NCBI GenBank assembly: GCA_946615905.1
Contig: CAMOIE010000001.1
Coordinates: forward strand, 44,318-108,317
Direction: 5' to 3'
Origin: an uncultured Treponema sp.
GTDB taxonomy: Bacteria; Spirochaetota; Spirochaetia; Treponematales; Treponemataceae
Length of the DNA: 64,000 bases
In this document: positions 19,120 to 29,457 of the stretch, piece by piece
Numbering within the stretch: position 1 is the stretch's first letter
How the letters are laid out: each line of letters starts with the position of its first letter
Position numbers and translations under genes: made by a program
The notes under the pieces: model-generated
Told to the model about the DNA's origin: nothing
The model's input: only the letters and a program-made list of their open reading frames with translations
Database searches by the model: none

Positions 19120-19893
19120 TTATTTCAAGTATTTCGCCAAGATTTCCTCATATTTGCCGTTAGCCTTGATGTTTGCAAGACCTTTGTTGAACAAATCAAG
19201 CAATTCCTGATTTTTTACGTCCATAATCGCAAATCCGTAGGGTGCGCCTTCGCTTTCCATTCCTGCAGGAATCTGCAATGGAAGTTTGGCTTCCTTGATG
19301 TTTGAAGCCATAATCGGAGTGTCCTCAACACAGGCGACAGAGTTTCCGAGGATTACGTCCTGATACATCGTGGGAGAGTCCTCAAAAACAGTGACTGAAT
19401 AGCCATATTTGTCCTTGAGAGAATTAGCGAAATCTGCACCGGCAGTTCCATTTTTAACGGCGACATTTTTTCCCTTCAAGTCCTCAAATTTAGAAACCGG
19501 GCTGTCCTTTGCGACTACGAAAGTCTGCGTGGCGTTGTAATATCCGTCAGAGAAAATCCAGCCGGAATCGATGCGCTCCTGTTTGATTGTAGCTCCTGCA
19601 ATCAAAGCGTCCGCCTGACCTGCCTGAACCGCGAGAACTCCTGAATCCCATCCGAGTGAGCGGAGCTCATATTTGAATCCCTGGTCAGCAGCGATAGCGG
19701 CCAAAATGTCAACGTCAATTCCGACAAATTCATTTTTTTCATTCGTGTATTCAAAGGGGCGGAAAACCGTATCAGTCGCGACAATCCAAGTTTTTACTCC
19801 AGGCTCGCTTGCCTTTGCAGAGTCCTTTTTGCTGCATCCCATAAAAATACTTGCGGCGGCCAAAAGGGCCATTCCAACCAGTAACTTTTTCAT
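19120..19893 (-). CDS. Polar amino acid ABC transporter substrate-binding lipoprotein (SBP family 3)
   Basis: Lipobox FMGC; DTVFRPFEY, GIDVDI and VAVKNGT motifs. Confidence 0.93.
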   Translation of the reverse strand: MKKLLVGMALLAAASIFMGCSKKDSAKASEPGVKTWIVATDTVFRPFEYTNEKNEFVGIDVDILAAIAADQGFKYELRSLGWDSGVLAVQAGQADALIAGATIKQERIDSGWIFSDGYYNATQTFVVAKDSPVSKFEDLKGKNVAVKNGTAGADFANSLKDKYGYSVTVFEDSPTMYQDVILGNSVACVEDTPIMASNIKEAKLPLQIPAGMESEGAPYGFAIMDVKNQELLDLFNKGLANIKANGKYEEILAKYLK

Positions 19894-19947
19894 ATTGTGC
19901 CTCCAATATTATTGATAAAAAAAATTTATAGATATATAAAATCTCTG

Positions 19948-20859
19948 TCAACAGTTACTTTTAGGAGATTTCAACTTTCTGTCAATAATTTCCGGCAAAA
20001 GCTGAGCCAAAACGACAGCCATAAAAATCAATACGCAGCCCAAAATCATGCGCCCGGTCAATTCTTCGCCCAAAATCAAGCAGCCTAGCCAAACACCAAA
20101 AACAGATTCAAATGAAAGCAAAAGGGCTGCCCAGGCTGACGGCAGATATTTTAGTCCGACGTTTTGCAAGACAAAGCAAACCAAGGTGGAGAAAATTCCC
20201 AAATACAAAAGAGAGGCTACCACCCTGCCATGAAAAATCCCCTGCGGAAAAGCTCCGTCAAAAATCGGGGCAAAAATCCAAGACAAAAGTGCGGCAAAGA
20301 AAAATTGCAGAACTGTCAGTAGAATCGGGTCATCATTCTGGGCATATTTTGCCGTAAATACAATGTGGATGGCATAAAAAATTCCGCAGACTAAAGTCAG
20401 AATGTCTCCCAGCCCGATAGTAGTCGCATCACCAGGATTCAGCGCCAAAAGTCCGATTCCGCATACCGACATCAAGGCGCAGAGAATTACGAACCAGCGT
20501 GGCTTGATTTTTGAAATCGGCCAGGCAAAAAACGGAACGAGAAAAACATAAATCGTGGTTAAAAATGCATTTTTTCCGGCAGTCGTATAATTGCAGCCGA
20601 TAGTCTGAAGAATGTAGGCAGTTCCCAAGTAAAGGCCTAAAAGCAGACCGTGAATCCAGATTTTTTTTGTGAGATTTTTTAATTTCGGCGCGTAGACAAG
20701 TGTAAGAACAAAAGTCGCAATCGTAAAGCGGAAGGCTACCATCCAAACCGGCCCCACGTAATCCAAACTGTCCTTTACAACGACAAAGCCAAAGCCCCAA
20801 ATGGCGGCGGTAAGCAGAAGTCCAGCAGAAGCAAGGGCAAAACGCAATTTTTTATTCAT
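19948..20859 (-). CDS. DMT/EamA family transporter
   Basis: AIWGFGF, TTAGKNAFL, GDILTL and SFESVFG motifs; start re-set to MNKKL. Confidence 0.9.
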   Translation of the reverse strand: MNKKLRFALASAGLLLTAAIWGFGFVVVKDSLDYVGPVWMVAFRFTIATFVLTLVYAPKLKNLTKKIWIHGLLLGLYLGTAYILQTIGCNYTTAGKNAFLTTIYVFLVPFFAWPISKIKPRWFVILCALMSVCGIGLLALNPGDATTIGLGDILTLVCGIFYAIHIVFTAKYAQNDDPILLTVLQFFFAALLSWIFAPIFDGAFPQGIFHGRVVASLLYLGIFSTLVCFVLQNVGLKYLPSAWAALLLSFESVFGVWLGCLILGEELTGRMILGCVLIFMAVVLAQLLPEIIDRKLKSPKSNC

Positions 20860-20925
20860 GGACGGAATGTAGCATTTTCTGGCAAAAAAAGAAATATTTA
20901 AAATTAGCCAATTAATCATAAATTT

Positions 20926-20992
20926 CGTCATTCTGAGCGGGCGGGCGTTGCCCGCGAAGAATCTATCTTGAGAATCTTTCGCTCAATATGAC
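20926..20992. repeat. CGTC-tagged REP-like palindromic doublet
   Basis: CGTCATTCTGAGCG-[GGCGGGC GTT GCCCG]-CGAAGAATCT...AGAATCTTTCGCTCAATATGAC; two inverted TGAGC..CGAA units. Confidence 0.7.
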
Positions 20993-21061
20993 AAAATTGT
21001 TTCAAAGTTAATCGACTATAAAAAAGCATCCCCCGTTTTTTGTTCAGGAGATGCCTTTTTT

Positions 21062-21163
21062 GGGCGCACCGACTTTCGCCGGCCGGGTGTTTCGGGGTTC
21101 GCTCACGCTCATTGTTCGGCGGCTACGCCACCTCCAACTTACGCCCCTACATACCCTTGCGCA
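21062..21163 (-). repeat. Structured intergenic element copy D (Flavo-1-like)
   Basis: GGGCGCA...CCCTTGCGCA; shares CGGGGTTC, CGGCTACGCC and CCCCTACA with copy A. Confidence 0.75.
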
Positions 21164-21177
21164 TTACAGCTGTCAGT

Positions 21178-23634
21178 TTATTTTACATCTGGAACAATAA
21201 CTTTCTTAAGCTTCCAGATGTCCTTGACGTACTCTTCAATCGTGCGGTCAGAAGAGAATTTGCCGGAGTTGGCAATGTTGATAATGGCTTTTCTTGCCCA
21301 GCCTTTTTTGTCAGCGTATGCGGCGGCGACTTTCTCCTGAGCTTTAACGTATGAGTCAAAGTCAGCGAGAATGTAGTAAACGTCAGGTCTTTGTCCCTCA
21401 ACGCCGTAAACCAAAGAATCGTGGATTTCCTTGAAAATCTGGCGGCTTGGGTCATAAGTTCCGTCAACAAGCTGCTCTACAATCTCGTTCAACGCTGGAT
21501 TGCGTTCCAGATACTGCTGGGGATTGTATGAGTGCTCTTCTTCCATCTTGTTGATTTCATCTGTTTGCAAGCCGAAGACAAAGTTGTTCTCTTCTCCAGC
21601 CTCATGGAAAATCTCAATATTTGCTCCGTCCATCGTTCCCAATGTCAAAGCTCCGTTTACCATGAACTTCATGTTTGAGGTTCCAGAAGCTTCTTTTCCC
21701 GCTGTAGAAATCTGCTCTGAGACATCTGCCGCCGGGAAGATTTTCTCTGCGACAGAAACGCGGTAGTTCTCGATAAAGACTACGCGGAGTTTTCCTCCAA
21801 CACGGCGGTCGTTGTTGATTCTCTCTGCGACAGTGTTAATCAGCTTGATGATTGCCTTTGCCCTTCTGTAGCCGGAGGCAGCCTTCGCGCCAAAAATGAA
21901 TGTGCGTGACGGCGGGTTGAAAGCAGGATCTTTGAGAAGACGGTTGTACAAGTACATCACATGGAAGATGTTCAAAAGCTGGCGTTTGTACTCGTGCAGA
22001 CGCTTGACTTGAACATCGAAAATAGAATCCGGGTCAAGGAAATTGTTCTGCTTGTGCTTGAGGAAGTCTGCAAGTTTTTCCTTATTGCGGTGCTTGATTT
22101 CAAGGAATTCTTCGAGAGACTTGTCGTCATCGGCAAATTTTTCGAGAGCCTTGAGCTTTGTCAAATCCTTTTCCCAACCGTGGCCGATTCTGCTTGAGAT
22201 GAATTCGGCAAGGTCGGGGTTTGCGCTACAGAGCCAACGACGCTGTGTAATTCCGTTGGTCTTGTTGTTGAATTTTGCCGGATAAATTTCAGACCAGTCC
22301 TTAAGCTCATAGTTCTTGAGGATTTCCGTGTGCAGGGCTGCAACACCGTTTACGCTAAAGCATGAGTGAATTGCCAGCCAGGCCATGTAGACGCGGCCGT
22401 CATGAATGATAGACATCCTCTGCTGACGGGCGTAGTCGTTCGGGAATTTGGCTCGGATTTCAATCATAAAGCGGCGGTTGATTTCCTCAATAATCTGGTA
22501 GACGCGGGGCAAGAGTGACTGGAAGATGTCAACCGGCCATTTTTCGAGGGCTTCCGCAAGAATCGTGTGGTTTGTGTAAGCGAATGTCTTTGAAACGACT
22601 GTCCATGAGTCGTTCCAGCCCATTCCGTATTCGTCCATCAAAATGCGCATCAATTCTGGAATCGCGACAACTGGATGGGTGTCGTTCAACTGGATTACGT
22701 GGTAATTCGGGAAGAGGGAGAAGTCCGTTCCGTGGTCTGCGACAAAGTGGTGAACCAAGTCCTGCAAAGAAGCTGACGTAAAGAAATACTGTTGTTTTAG
22801 GCGCAAGGCTTTTCCACTTGGTCCGTTGTCATTCGGGTACAAGACGCGGGAAATATTCTGGGCGGAATTCTGACGTTCAACGGCCTGGTTGTAGTTCATG
22901 TTGTTGAAGAGCTGCAAGTCAAATCCATTCGGAGAAGAGGCCTGCCAAAGGCGGAGGGTGTTGACTGTGTTTGTGTCAAAGCCGACAATCGGCATGTCAA
23001 AAGGTGTCGCAGTGATTTCCTCGGCGTTCTCAAGGTAGAATCTGTCCTGACCGTCAGGGGTCTTTCCGTATTTGATTTCTCCTCCGAATTTTACGGTGAC
23101 GGCGAGGTCTGAGCGTTTGATTTCCCAAGGGTCGCGGTGCTTGAGCCAGTTGTCCGGGTATTCAACCTGATAGCCATTCTCGATGTGCTGCTCGAACATT
23201 CCGTATTCGTAGCGGATTCCGTAGCCGTGTCCGGGGTAGTCCAAGGTCGCAAGTGAGTCAAGGAAGCAGGCTGCAAGACGACCAAGACCTCCGTTTCCAA
23301 GACCTGCGTCAGGCTCTTCGTCCTCAATCAGGTTGAAGTTGATGTCCATGTCCTTGAGGACTTTTACAACTTCATTTTTGATTCCCATGTTAATCAAATT
23401 GTTGGAGAGTGCCCTTCCCATCAAGAATTCTGCAGAAAGATAATAAACTTGTTTTGTCGGTTTTGCCTCATACTGGCGGCGGGTTTCCATCCAGGCCGGC
23501 ATAATCAATTCTTGTACCGAGGCGGAAACAGCGTCAAAAAGGTCGTGGCTGTTTGCCTGTGAAATATCTTTTCCGTACTGGCGGCGTAAACGGGCTGCAA
23601 GATTGTCCCGGAATTTTTCTGCATCAAATTTCAT
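21178..23634 (-). CDS. glgP: Glycogen/starch phosphorylase
   Basis: GLGNGGLGRLAACF, QLNDTHP, VKRLHEYKRQ and KEASGTSNMK (PLP lysine) motifs. Confidence 0.97.
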   Translation of the reverse strand: MKFDAEKFRDNLAARLRRQYGKDISQANSHDLFDAVSASVQELIMPAWMETRRQYEAKPTKQVYYLSAEFLMGRALSNNLINMGIKNEVVKVLKDMDINFNLIEDEEPDAGLGNGGLGRLAACFLDSLATLDYPGHGYGIRYEYGMFEQHIENGYQVEYPDNWLKHRDPWEIKRSDLAVTVKFGGEIKYGKTPDGQDRFYLENAEEITATPFDMPIVGFDTNTVNTLRLWQASSPNGFDLQLFNNMNYNQAVERQNSAQNISRVLYPNDNGPSGKALRLKQQYFFTSASLQDLVHHFVADHGTDFSLFPNYHVIQLNDTHPVVAIPELMRILMDEYGMGWNDSWTVVSKTFAYTNHTILAEALEKWPVDIFQSLLPRVYQIIEEINRRFMIEIRAKFPNDYARQQRMSIIHDGRVYMAWLAIHSCFSVNGVAALHTEILKNYELKDWSEIYPAKFNNKTNGITQRRWLCSANPDLAEFISSRIGHGWEKDLTKLKALEKFADDDKSLEEFLEIKHRNKEKLADFLKHKQNNFLDPDSIFDVQVKRLHEYKRQLLNIFHVMYLYNRLLKDPAFNPPSRTFIFGAKAASGYRRAKAIIKLINTVAERINNDRRVGGKLRVVFIENYRVSVAEKIFPAADVSEQISTAGKEASGTSNMKFMVNGALTLGTMDGANIEIFHEAGEENNFVFGLQTDEINKMEEEHSYNPQQYLERNPALNEIVEQLVDGTYDPSRQIFKEIHDSLVYGVEGQRPDVYYILADFDSYVKAQEKVAAAYADKKGWARKAIINIANSGKFSSDRTIEEYVKDIWKLKKVIVPDVK

Positions 23635-23801
23635 AAAAGTCTCCTCGAATTGAAAAGATGGATAAAAAATACTCTTAAATTATAACACGATTTTGTTCAT
23701 TTTTGTAAAAGAAAAATGGAAGAAATCTTAAAAAATGTTGTTAATCGTGTTTTTTTCTGAAAACTGCTTATTGTCAGTCTTTTGCGCTATCACCTTCCTT
23801 T

Positions 23802-24962
23802 TTAATGCAGAAGCTCGTCAGCAAGAGTCTCAAGCTGGGCAATAGTTTGGTCTGTGACGGCAATCTTTATGGTGACTTTGTTCTGCGCAAAAGTAATGTT
23901 TTTGCAACCTTCAAACATAGCGGCCATTGACTTTGCGGCAACGGGTGCCCAAGAGCCATTTTCAATTAATGCAATTGTCCGGTTCTGATAGTTGCGCTCA
24001 ACAAGGTTTTCGATAAAATTGTGCATCGCCGGAAAAACTCCGCCGTTGTATGTAGTGCTGGCAAGAACAAGCGTGCCATAACGGAATGCATCCTCAACGC
24101 ACTCGTGCAAATCTTCACGGGCAATGTCAAAAACGGCAACTTTTTTGCAACCCTTCGCCTTAAGGATTTCCGCAAATTTCTGAACGGCGGCCTTTGTGTT
24201 TCCGTAGACTGAAGTATATCCGACCGCAATTCCTTCGCTTTCGACTCCGTAAGACGACCATGTGTCGTAAAGATTTATATAATACTGAAGATTTTCGCTT
24301 AAAACTGGCCCGTGCAAAGAACAAATATGTTCGATTTTTAATCCTGCGACCTTTTTCAGGACGGCCTGAACCTGTACGCCGAATTTTCCGACTATGCCAA
24401 AATAATAGCGTCTGCCCTCGCAAGCCCAGCCTTCCGGGTCATCATAGTCGTTCGCACCGAATTTTCCGAATGCGTCAGCTGAAAAAAGAACCTTGTCGGT
24501 TGAGTCATAAGTCATTATTACTTCCGGCCAGTGAACCTGCGGCGCTCCGATAAATTGCAGGGTGTGTTTTCCAAGTTCCAGAGCCTTTCCTTCCGCCACT
24601 ACAAGCTGACGTTCCGCAAAATCAGTGCCGAAGTAGCTTTTCATAAGATTGAATGCCATTCTTGACGAGACAATCTTTGCATTTGGGAATTCTTCTGTAA
24701 AACGGCGGATATTTGCAGAATGATCCATTTCCATGTGCTGGACGACAAGATAATCAGGCTTGCGGTCTGCACAAATCGCCTTAATATTTTTTATCCATTC
24801 ATCGCCAAAACGCGCGTCCACCGAATCCATTACGGCAATTTTTTCGTCCAAAATCACATACGAATTGTAGGCCATGCCGTTCGGAACATTGAACTGCCCC
24901 TCAAAAAGGTCGATTTCGTGGTCATCAACGCCGACGTATTTGATGCTGTCTGTAATCGTCAT
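23802..24962 (-). CDS. fprA: Flavodiiron protein (FprA, A-type flavoprotein)
   Basis: HMEMDH, VHWPE, SADAFG and HGP diiron ligands plus flavodoxin domain SVYGNT; start re-set to MTITD behind GGAGAGG. Confidence 0.92.
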   Translation of the reverse strand: MTITDSIKYVGVDDHEIDLFEGQFNVPNGMAYNSYVILDEKIAVMDSVDARFGDEWIKNIKAICADRKPDYLVVQHMEMDHSANIRRFTEEFPNAKIVSSRMAFNLMKSYFGTDFAERQLVVAEGKALELGKHTLQFIGAPQVHWPEVIMTYDSTDKVLFSADAFGKFGANDYDDPEGWACEGRRYYFGIVGKFGVQVQAVLKKVAGLKIEHICSLHGPVLSENLQYYINLYDTWSSYGVESEGIAVGYTSVYGNTKAAVQKFAEILKAKGCKKVAVFDIAREDLHECVEDAFRYGTLVLASTTYNGGVFPAMHNFIENLVERNYQNRTIALIENGSWAPVAAKSMAAMFEGCKNITFAQNKVTIKIAVTDQTIAQLETLADELLH

Positions 24963-24978
24963 AAAGTCCTCTCCTGGT

Positions 24979-27093
24979 TTATTTTGCAATCAAAACAACA
25001 ACAGAATTTGATGGAATCACGTAGTGACCTTGGGAAATCAGCGGTTCTTCCTGACCAGCGCAAAGGATTGAATTTAGTCCTGTTATTGAAGTGTCAATCA
25101 CGCGGAACCACTGGCGGCCTCTCGAAGGATTTGGAACAGAAACCGTCATATCGTGAATATCAGTATTAAATGCGATGTAAAAATCGTTGTCTTCTTCAAC
25201 ACCCCGTATTCCGACACCACCGCCGAGACGCAGAGCCAAAAAGCGGTTCATCTTTTTCCAGTCGGGAATCTTCCCGTCGTAGTCTAGCCATGAAATATCC
25301 GCCGGGGTCAAATCTCCCGCAGTCTTGGAGCCTCCGAAAAAGTCCCTCCGCTTGAAGACCCTGTGGCTGGTTCTCAGCTGAATCAGTTTGCGGACAAAAT
25401 CGAGCATGGCTGAATTTTTCTGCAAGTCATCCCAGTTGAACCAGGAAATTTCGTTATCCTGACAGTAGGGATTGTTGTTGCCATTTTGAGTCCTGCGAAC
25501 TTCGTCTCCGGCCACAATCATCGGCACACCTTGTGCCAAAATGAGACAGACGAACATGTTCTTAAGCTGTTTTTCACGCAAATCCTCGATTCGCGGGTTT
25601 TCACAAGGCCCCTCAAATCCGCAGTTCCAAGAATTGTTGTTGTCGCTGCCGTCGCGGTTGTTTTCGCCGTTTTCCTCATTGTGCTTGCCGTTGTACATTA
25701 CCAAATCGTTCAGCGTAAAACCGTCATGGCAGGCGATATAGTTGATTGAATTTATCGGCTGACGGCCGCTTGACTGGTAAAGGTCTGAAGAACCGGCAAT
25801 TCTTGTCGCCGCCTCGTTGGCCAAATATTCGTCACCGCGGATAAATTTGCGGATTCCATCGCGGAAGTGGTCGTTCCATTCACACCAGCGTCCTCCAGGG
25901 AAAGAGCCAGTCTGATAAGCTCCGCCGGCATCCCAGGGTTCCGCGATGATTTTTGTGTCGCGCAAAATCGGATTTTCCGCAATCCGCCGTGGAAGAGGAG
26001 CCTCTCCGGTTAAAAAGCCCCTTTCGTTTCTGCAAAGAACAGAGGCCAAGTCAAAACGGAAGCCGTCAACGTGCATTTTTGTGACCCAGTAGCGAAGGCA
26101 GTCCATTATAAAATCTTGAACCACCGGATGATTGCAGTTGAATGTGTTTCCGCAGCCAGAGAAATTGTAATAGTATTGCTTGTTGTCGTTTACAAGCTGG
26201 TAAAAAATCGAGTTGTCCGCCGCACGGAAATTCAGCGTGGGGCCGTTTTCGTTGCCCTCCGCCGTATGATTGAAAACTACGTCCAAAAAGACTTCGATTC
26301 CAGCATTATGAAGGGCTTTTACCATGTCCTTGAATTCCCGCACAGCCCCTCCGGGACTTCTGTCAAAAGCATAAGAAGTCTTCGGGGCAAAAAATCCGAT
26401 TGTGGAATAGCCCCAGTAATTCTTGAGCCTGCCGCCGGTTTTCGGATTTGTGTTAGTGACTTCCCATTCGTCAAATTCGTTGATTGGCAAAAGTTCCACG
26501 GCTGTGATTCCAAGTGACTGTAAATAAGGAATTTTTTCTGTCAGTCCCTTGTAGGTTCCCGGCCAGCGGATTTTTGCCGTCGGAGATTCGGTGAATCCTT
26601 TTACGTGCAGCTCGTAAATTATAGATTTATTCAGCGGGGTTTTGAGAGGTTTGTCGCCTTCCCAGTCATAATCGTCAGGGTCAACAACAACGCATTTCGG
26701 CATTTTTTCAAGCGGACATGGCTGCCCGAATTTCATATTTTTAAAAACTGAGCCGTCAGTAAAGGCAAAAGCTTTGGGGTCAAAGACATATTTCGTCGGG
26801 TCAAATCTATGGCCTTTTGACAAGTCGAAGGGGCCGTCAAAACGGTAAAGATAAAGTGCGCCGGGTTTTAGCCCTTTTACAAAAACATGCCAAATGTCGC
26901 CAGAACGGTTTTCTTTTGGATTCAATTCGATGGTTTGAAAGGGGGCTGCGGAGTCAGATTTTTCAAAAAGTTCCAAAAATACTTTCGTGGCATTGCGGCT
27001 GAATGTTGAAAAATTCACACCATCGGGCATGATTTGGTATGCCGCTTCAACAGGGAATCCTAAAGAAAACTTAAATGAATTCATATTTCCCAT
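24979..27093 (-). CDS. glgX: Glycogen debranching enzyme (isoamylase, GH13)
   Basis: IYELHVKGFT, NYWGY, DVVFNHT, DGFRFDLAS, AEPWD and CHDGFTL motifs; exact start uncertain (27084 or 27093). Confidence 0.95.
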   Translation of the reverse strand: MGNMNSFKFSLGFPVEAAYQIMPDGVNFSTFSRNATKVFLELFEKSDSAAPFQTIELNPKENRSGDIWHVFVKGLKPGALYLYRFDGPFDLSKGHRFDPTKYVFDPKAFAFTDGSVFKNMKFGQPCPLEKMPKCVVVDPDDYDWEGDKPLKTPLNKSIIYELHVKGFTESPTAKIRWPGTYKGLTEKIPYLQSLGITAVELLPINEFDEWEVTNTNPKTGGRLKNYWGYSTIGFFAPKTSYAFDRSPGGAVREFKDMVKALHNAGIEVFLDVVFNHTAEGNENGPTLNFRAADNSIFYQLVNDNKQYYYNFSGCGNTFNCNHPVVQDFIMDCLRYWVTKMHVDGFRFDLASVLCRNERGFLTGEAPLPRRIAENPILRDTKIIAEPWDAGGAYQTGSFPGGRWCEWNDHFRDGIRKFIRGDEYLANEAATRIAGSSDLYQSSGRQPINSINYIACHDGFTLNDLVMYNGKHNEENGENNRDGSDNNNSWNCGFEGPCENPRIEDLREKQLKNMFVCLILAQGVPMIVAGDEVRRTQNGNNNPYCQDNEISWFNWDDLQKNSAMLDFVRKLIQLRTSHRVFKRRDFFGGSKTAGDLTPADISWLDYDGKIPDWKKMNRFLALRLGGGVGIRGVEEDNDFYIAFNTDIHDMTVSVPNPSRGRQWFRVIDTSITGLNSILCAGQEEPLISQGHYVIPSNSVVVLIAK

Positions 27094-27163
27094 TTTAACA
27101 CGGCTTTTATAAGATTGCAAATTGCGATATTATTTAAAAAATTGTTTGGCAAAGGGGATTTTT

Positions 27164-28663
27164 ATGGGCCGACCGAATGTTTGTTTGTGTTTGACCGGAA
27201 AAACGCTTGCAGAAGACAAAGCGATTGTTGAGCGTTACCGACAGTATATTGATATTGCCGAGTTGCGGCTCGATTTTTTGAACGAAGACGAACGCCTAAA
27301 AGTCCGTGAATTTCCGGCCAGCGTTGATGTTCCTTGCATTTTGACAATCCGCCGAAAAAGCGACGGAGGAAATTTTATCGAGGGGGAAGCCTCTCGCTCA
27401 ATGCTTTTTGCCTGGGCGCTTGCCTTTGCCAGTCAAGATAAATCAAAAAACTTCGCCTATGTTGATTTTGAGGATGACTTTAGGGTCTCCAGCCTGCAAG
27501 ACTCTGCCCTTGCCTACGGAATAAAAGTAATCCGCTCTTACCACAACATGACCGGCATGGTCGACAATATTCCACAGCGTCTCAATGAAATGCGGTTTAC
27601 CGGCTTCGAGATTCCGAAAATCGCCTGTATGCCAAGCAGTCTTGCCGATGTCACAAGACTTTTTGAGCAGACAAAAGGACTTGCGAATACAGAACAGATT
27701 ATAGTCGCCATGGGACCTTTGGGGCTTCCATCAAGAATTCTTGCCGCAAAAACGAATTCTTACCTTTCGTTTACGTCTCCCTTGGAACTTCGGCAAAATC
27801 TTCTTTCCCTTGGTCAGATAGACCCGATTACGCTGAACGACATTTATCATTTCCATTCAATCGACGCTCAGACTAAAATTTACGGAATCACTGGCTGGCC
27901 GCTGAAAGTCACATCTAGTCCTGAGCTGCAGAATAAATTTTTTGCGAATGATTCTTTGAACGCGGTTTTCGTTCCATTCAAGGCAGAAAAGGTCGTTGAT
28001 GCTTTTAATTTTGCAAAATCAACAGGAATCCGGGGATTTTCCGTCACGATTCCCCACAAGGAAATGATAATTCCCCACCTGCAAAAAATCGATGAAACTG
28101 CCATGGCAATCGGTGCCTGCAATACCGTCGTCAACAGAAATGGAGTTTGGACAGGTTATAACACTGACTGCACCGGATTTTCAAAAGCCCTCCTTGAATT
28201 CTCAGGATTTAAAGACCTGAACGGCAAAAAAGTCGCAATCATCGGGGCTGGAGGAGCCGCAAGAGCAGTCGCCTATGCCCTCCATGAGCTTGGGGCAAAA
28301 TGCTGTATTTTTAACCGCACTCTGGGCAAGGCAAAAATAATCGCCCAAAAATATGGATTTGAATACGCGACTCTTTCTCCAGATTCTTCCGAATTGATTC
28401 AACGCTATTCTGACATCATCGTGCAGACAACCTCAATTGGAATGGGTTCAGTCGGTCCTTCTGATGAAACGAACGACCCGCTATACTTTTATGATTTTTC
28501 TGGACACGAAATGCTTTATGACATAATCTATGTGCCTTCCGTAACTCCGATTATGGCTCGTGCTGCCCTTGCAGGATGCAAAACCCACAATGGCAGCACA
28601 ATGCTCCTCTATCAGGGAGAGGCGCAATTTGAATTATATAAAGAGGTCTATCAAGATGCTTAG
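27164..28663 (+). CDS. aroE: Fused type I 3-dehydroquinate dehydratase / shikimate dehydrogenase (AroD-AroE)
   Basis: AELRLD, SYHN and KIACMP motifs (type I DHQase), then SVTIPHK, NTD and GAGGAA motifs (SDH). Confidence 0.92.
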   Translation: MGRPNVCLCLTGKTLAEDKAIVERYRQYIDIAELRLDFLNEDERLKVREFPASVDVPCILTIRRKSDGGNFIEGEASRSMLFAWALAFASQDKSKNFAYVDFEDDFRVSSLQDSALAYGIKVIRSYHNMTGMVDNIPQRLNEMRFTGFEIPKIACMPSSLADVTRLFEQTKGLANTEQIIVAMGPLGLPSRILAAKTNSYLSFTSPLELRQNLLSLGQIDPITLNDIYHFHSIDAQTKIYGITGWPLKVTSSPELQNKFFANDSLNAVFVPFKAEKVVDAFNFAKSTGIRGFSVTIPHKEMIIPHLQKIDETAMAIGACNTVVNRNGVWTGYNTDCTGFSKALLEFSGFKDLNGKKVAIIGAGGAARAVAYALHELGAKCCIFNRTLGKAKIIAQKYGFEYATLSPDSSELIQRYSDIIVQTTSIGMGSVGPSDETNDPLYFYDFSGHEMLYDIIYVPSVTPIMARAALAGCKTHNGSTMLLYQGEAQFELYKEVYQDA

Positions 28664-29375
28664 TCAAAGTGAACAGAAAATCCTTGTGGCAAATACCGCA
28701 ATCGATACTTTAATTGAAGAAAAAAAGATTTTTTCCGGCATGAAAATCGGTCTTGGAACTGGCTCCACTGCCCTTCCTGCGGTAAAGCGTCTGGCTGAGC
28801 GAATTCAGGACGGAACTTTGACCGGCATAAAGGCTGTCGCGACTAGCTTCCAGACTGAAAATTATGCGAAAGATTTGGGTATTTCCGTTTTCGATTTGAA
28901 TGACCGTGAAATCAATGGACAGCTAGACCTCACGATTGACGGGGCCGACTCAATTGACCCGGACTGCAATTTAATCAAGGGCGGCGGAGCTGCTTTGACC
29001 CGCGAAAAAATCACCGCCTACAACTCAAAGAATTATGCGATTGTGGCCGACTCTTCAAAAGTTTACCCGGATTTGGGAACGAAATTTCCACTTCCTGTTG
29101 AAATCATTCCGATGGCAAGAGTCAGCATTCAAAATGCCCTGGCTGAACTCGGCGCAACTTGCACTCTCCGCGAGGGCGTAAAAAAATGCGGTCCTGTAAT
29201 CACGGACAATGGAAACCAGATTCTAGACTGCCTGTGGAAAAGCCCTGTAAATCCCGCCGAAATGGAGGATAAAATCAATTCTCTTCCCGGCGTAGTGGAA
29301 ACAGGATTTTTTACCAAAAAACACCCGCAAGTCTTCATTGCCAAAGAAGACGGAAGCGTTGAAATCCGTAAGTAA
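28656..29375 (+). CDS. rpiA: Ribose-5-phosphate isomerase A
   Basis: GLGTGST, DGAD, KGGGAAL.REK and ITDNGN motifs; start re-set to MLSQ. Confidence 0.95.
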   Translation: MLSQSEQKILVANTAIDTLIEEKKIFSGMKIGLGTGSTALPAVKRLAERIQDGTLTGIKAVATSFQTENYAKDLGISVFDLNDREINGQLDLTIDGADSIDPDCNLIKGGGAALTREKITAYNSKNYAIVADSSKVYPDLGTKFPLPVEIIPMARVSIQNALAELGATCTLREGVKKCGPVITDNGNQILDCLWKSPVNPAEMEDKINSLPGVVETGFFTKKHPQVFIAKEDGSVEIRK

Positions 29376-29457
29376 CAGGAATATATAAAGCTCCAACATT
29401 GATAAATTTAAGTGTTGGAATTACAATAGTTTAATATTTAGAACCGACGAGGACGAT

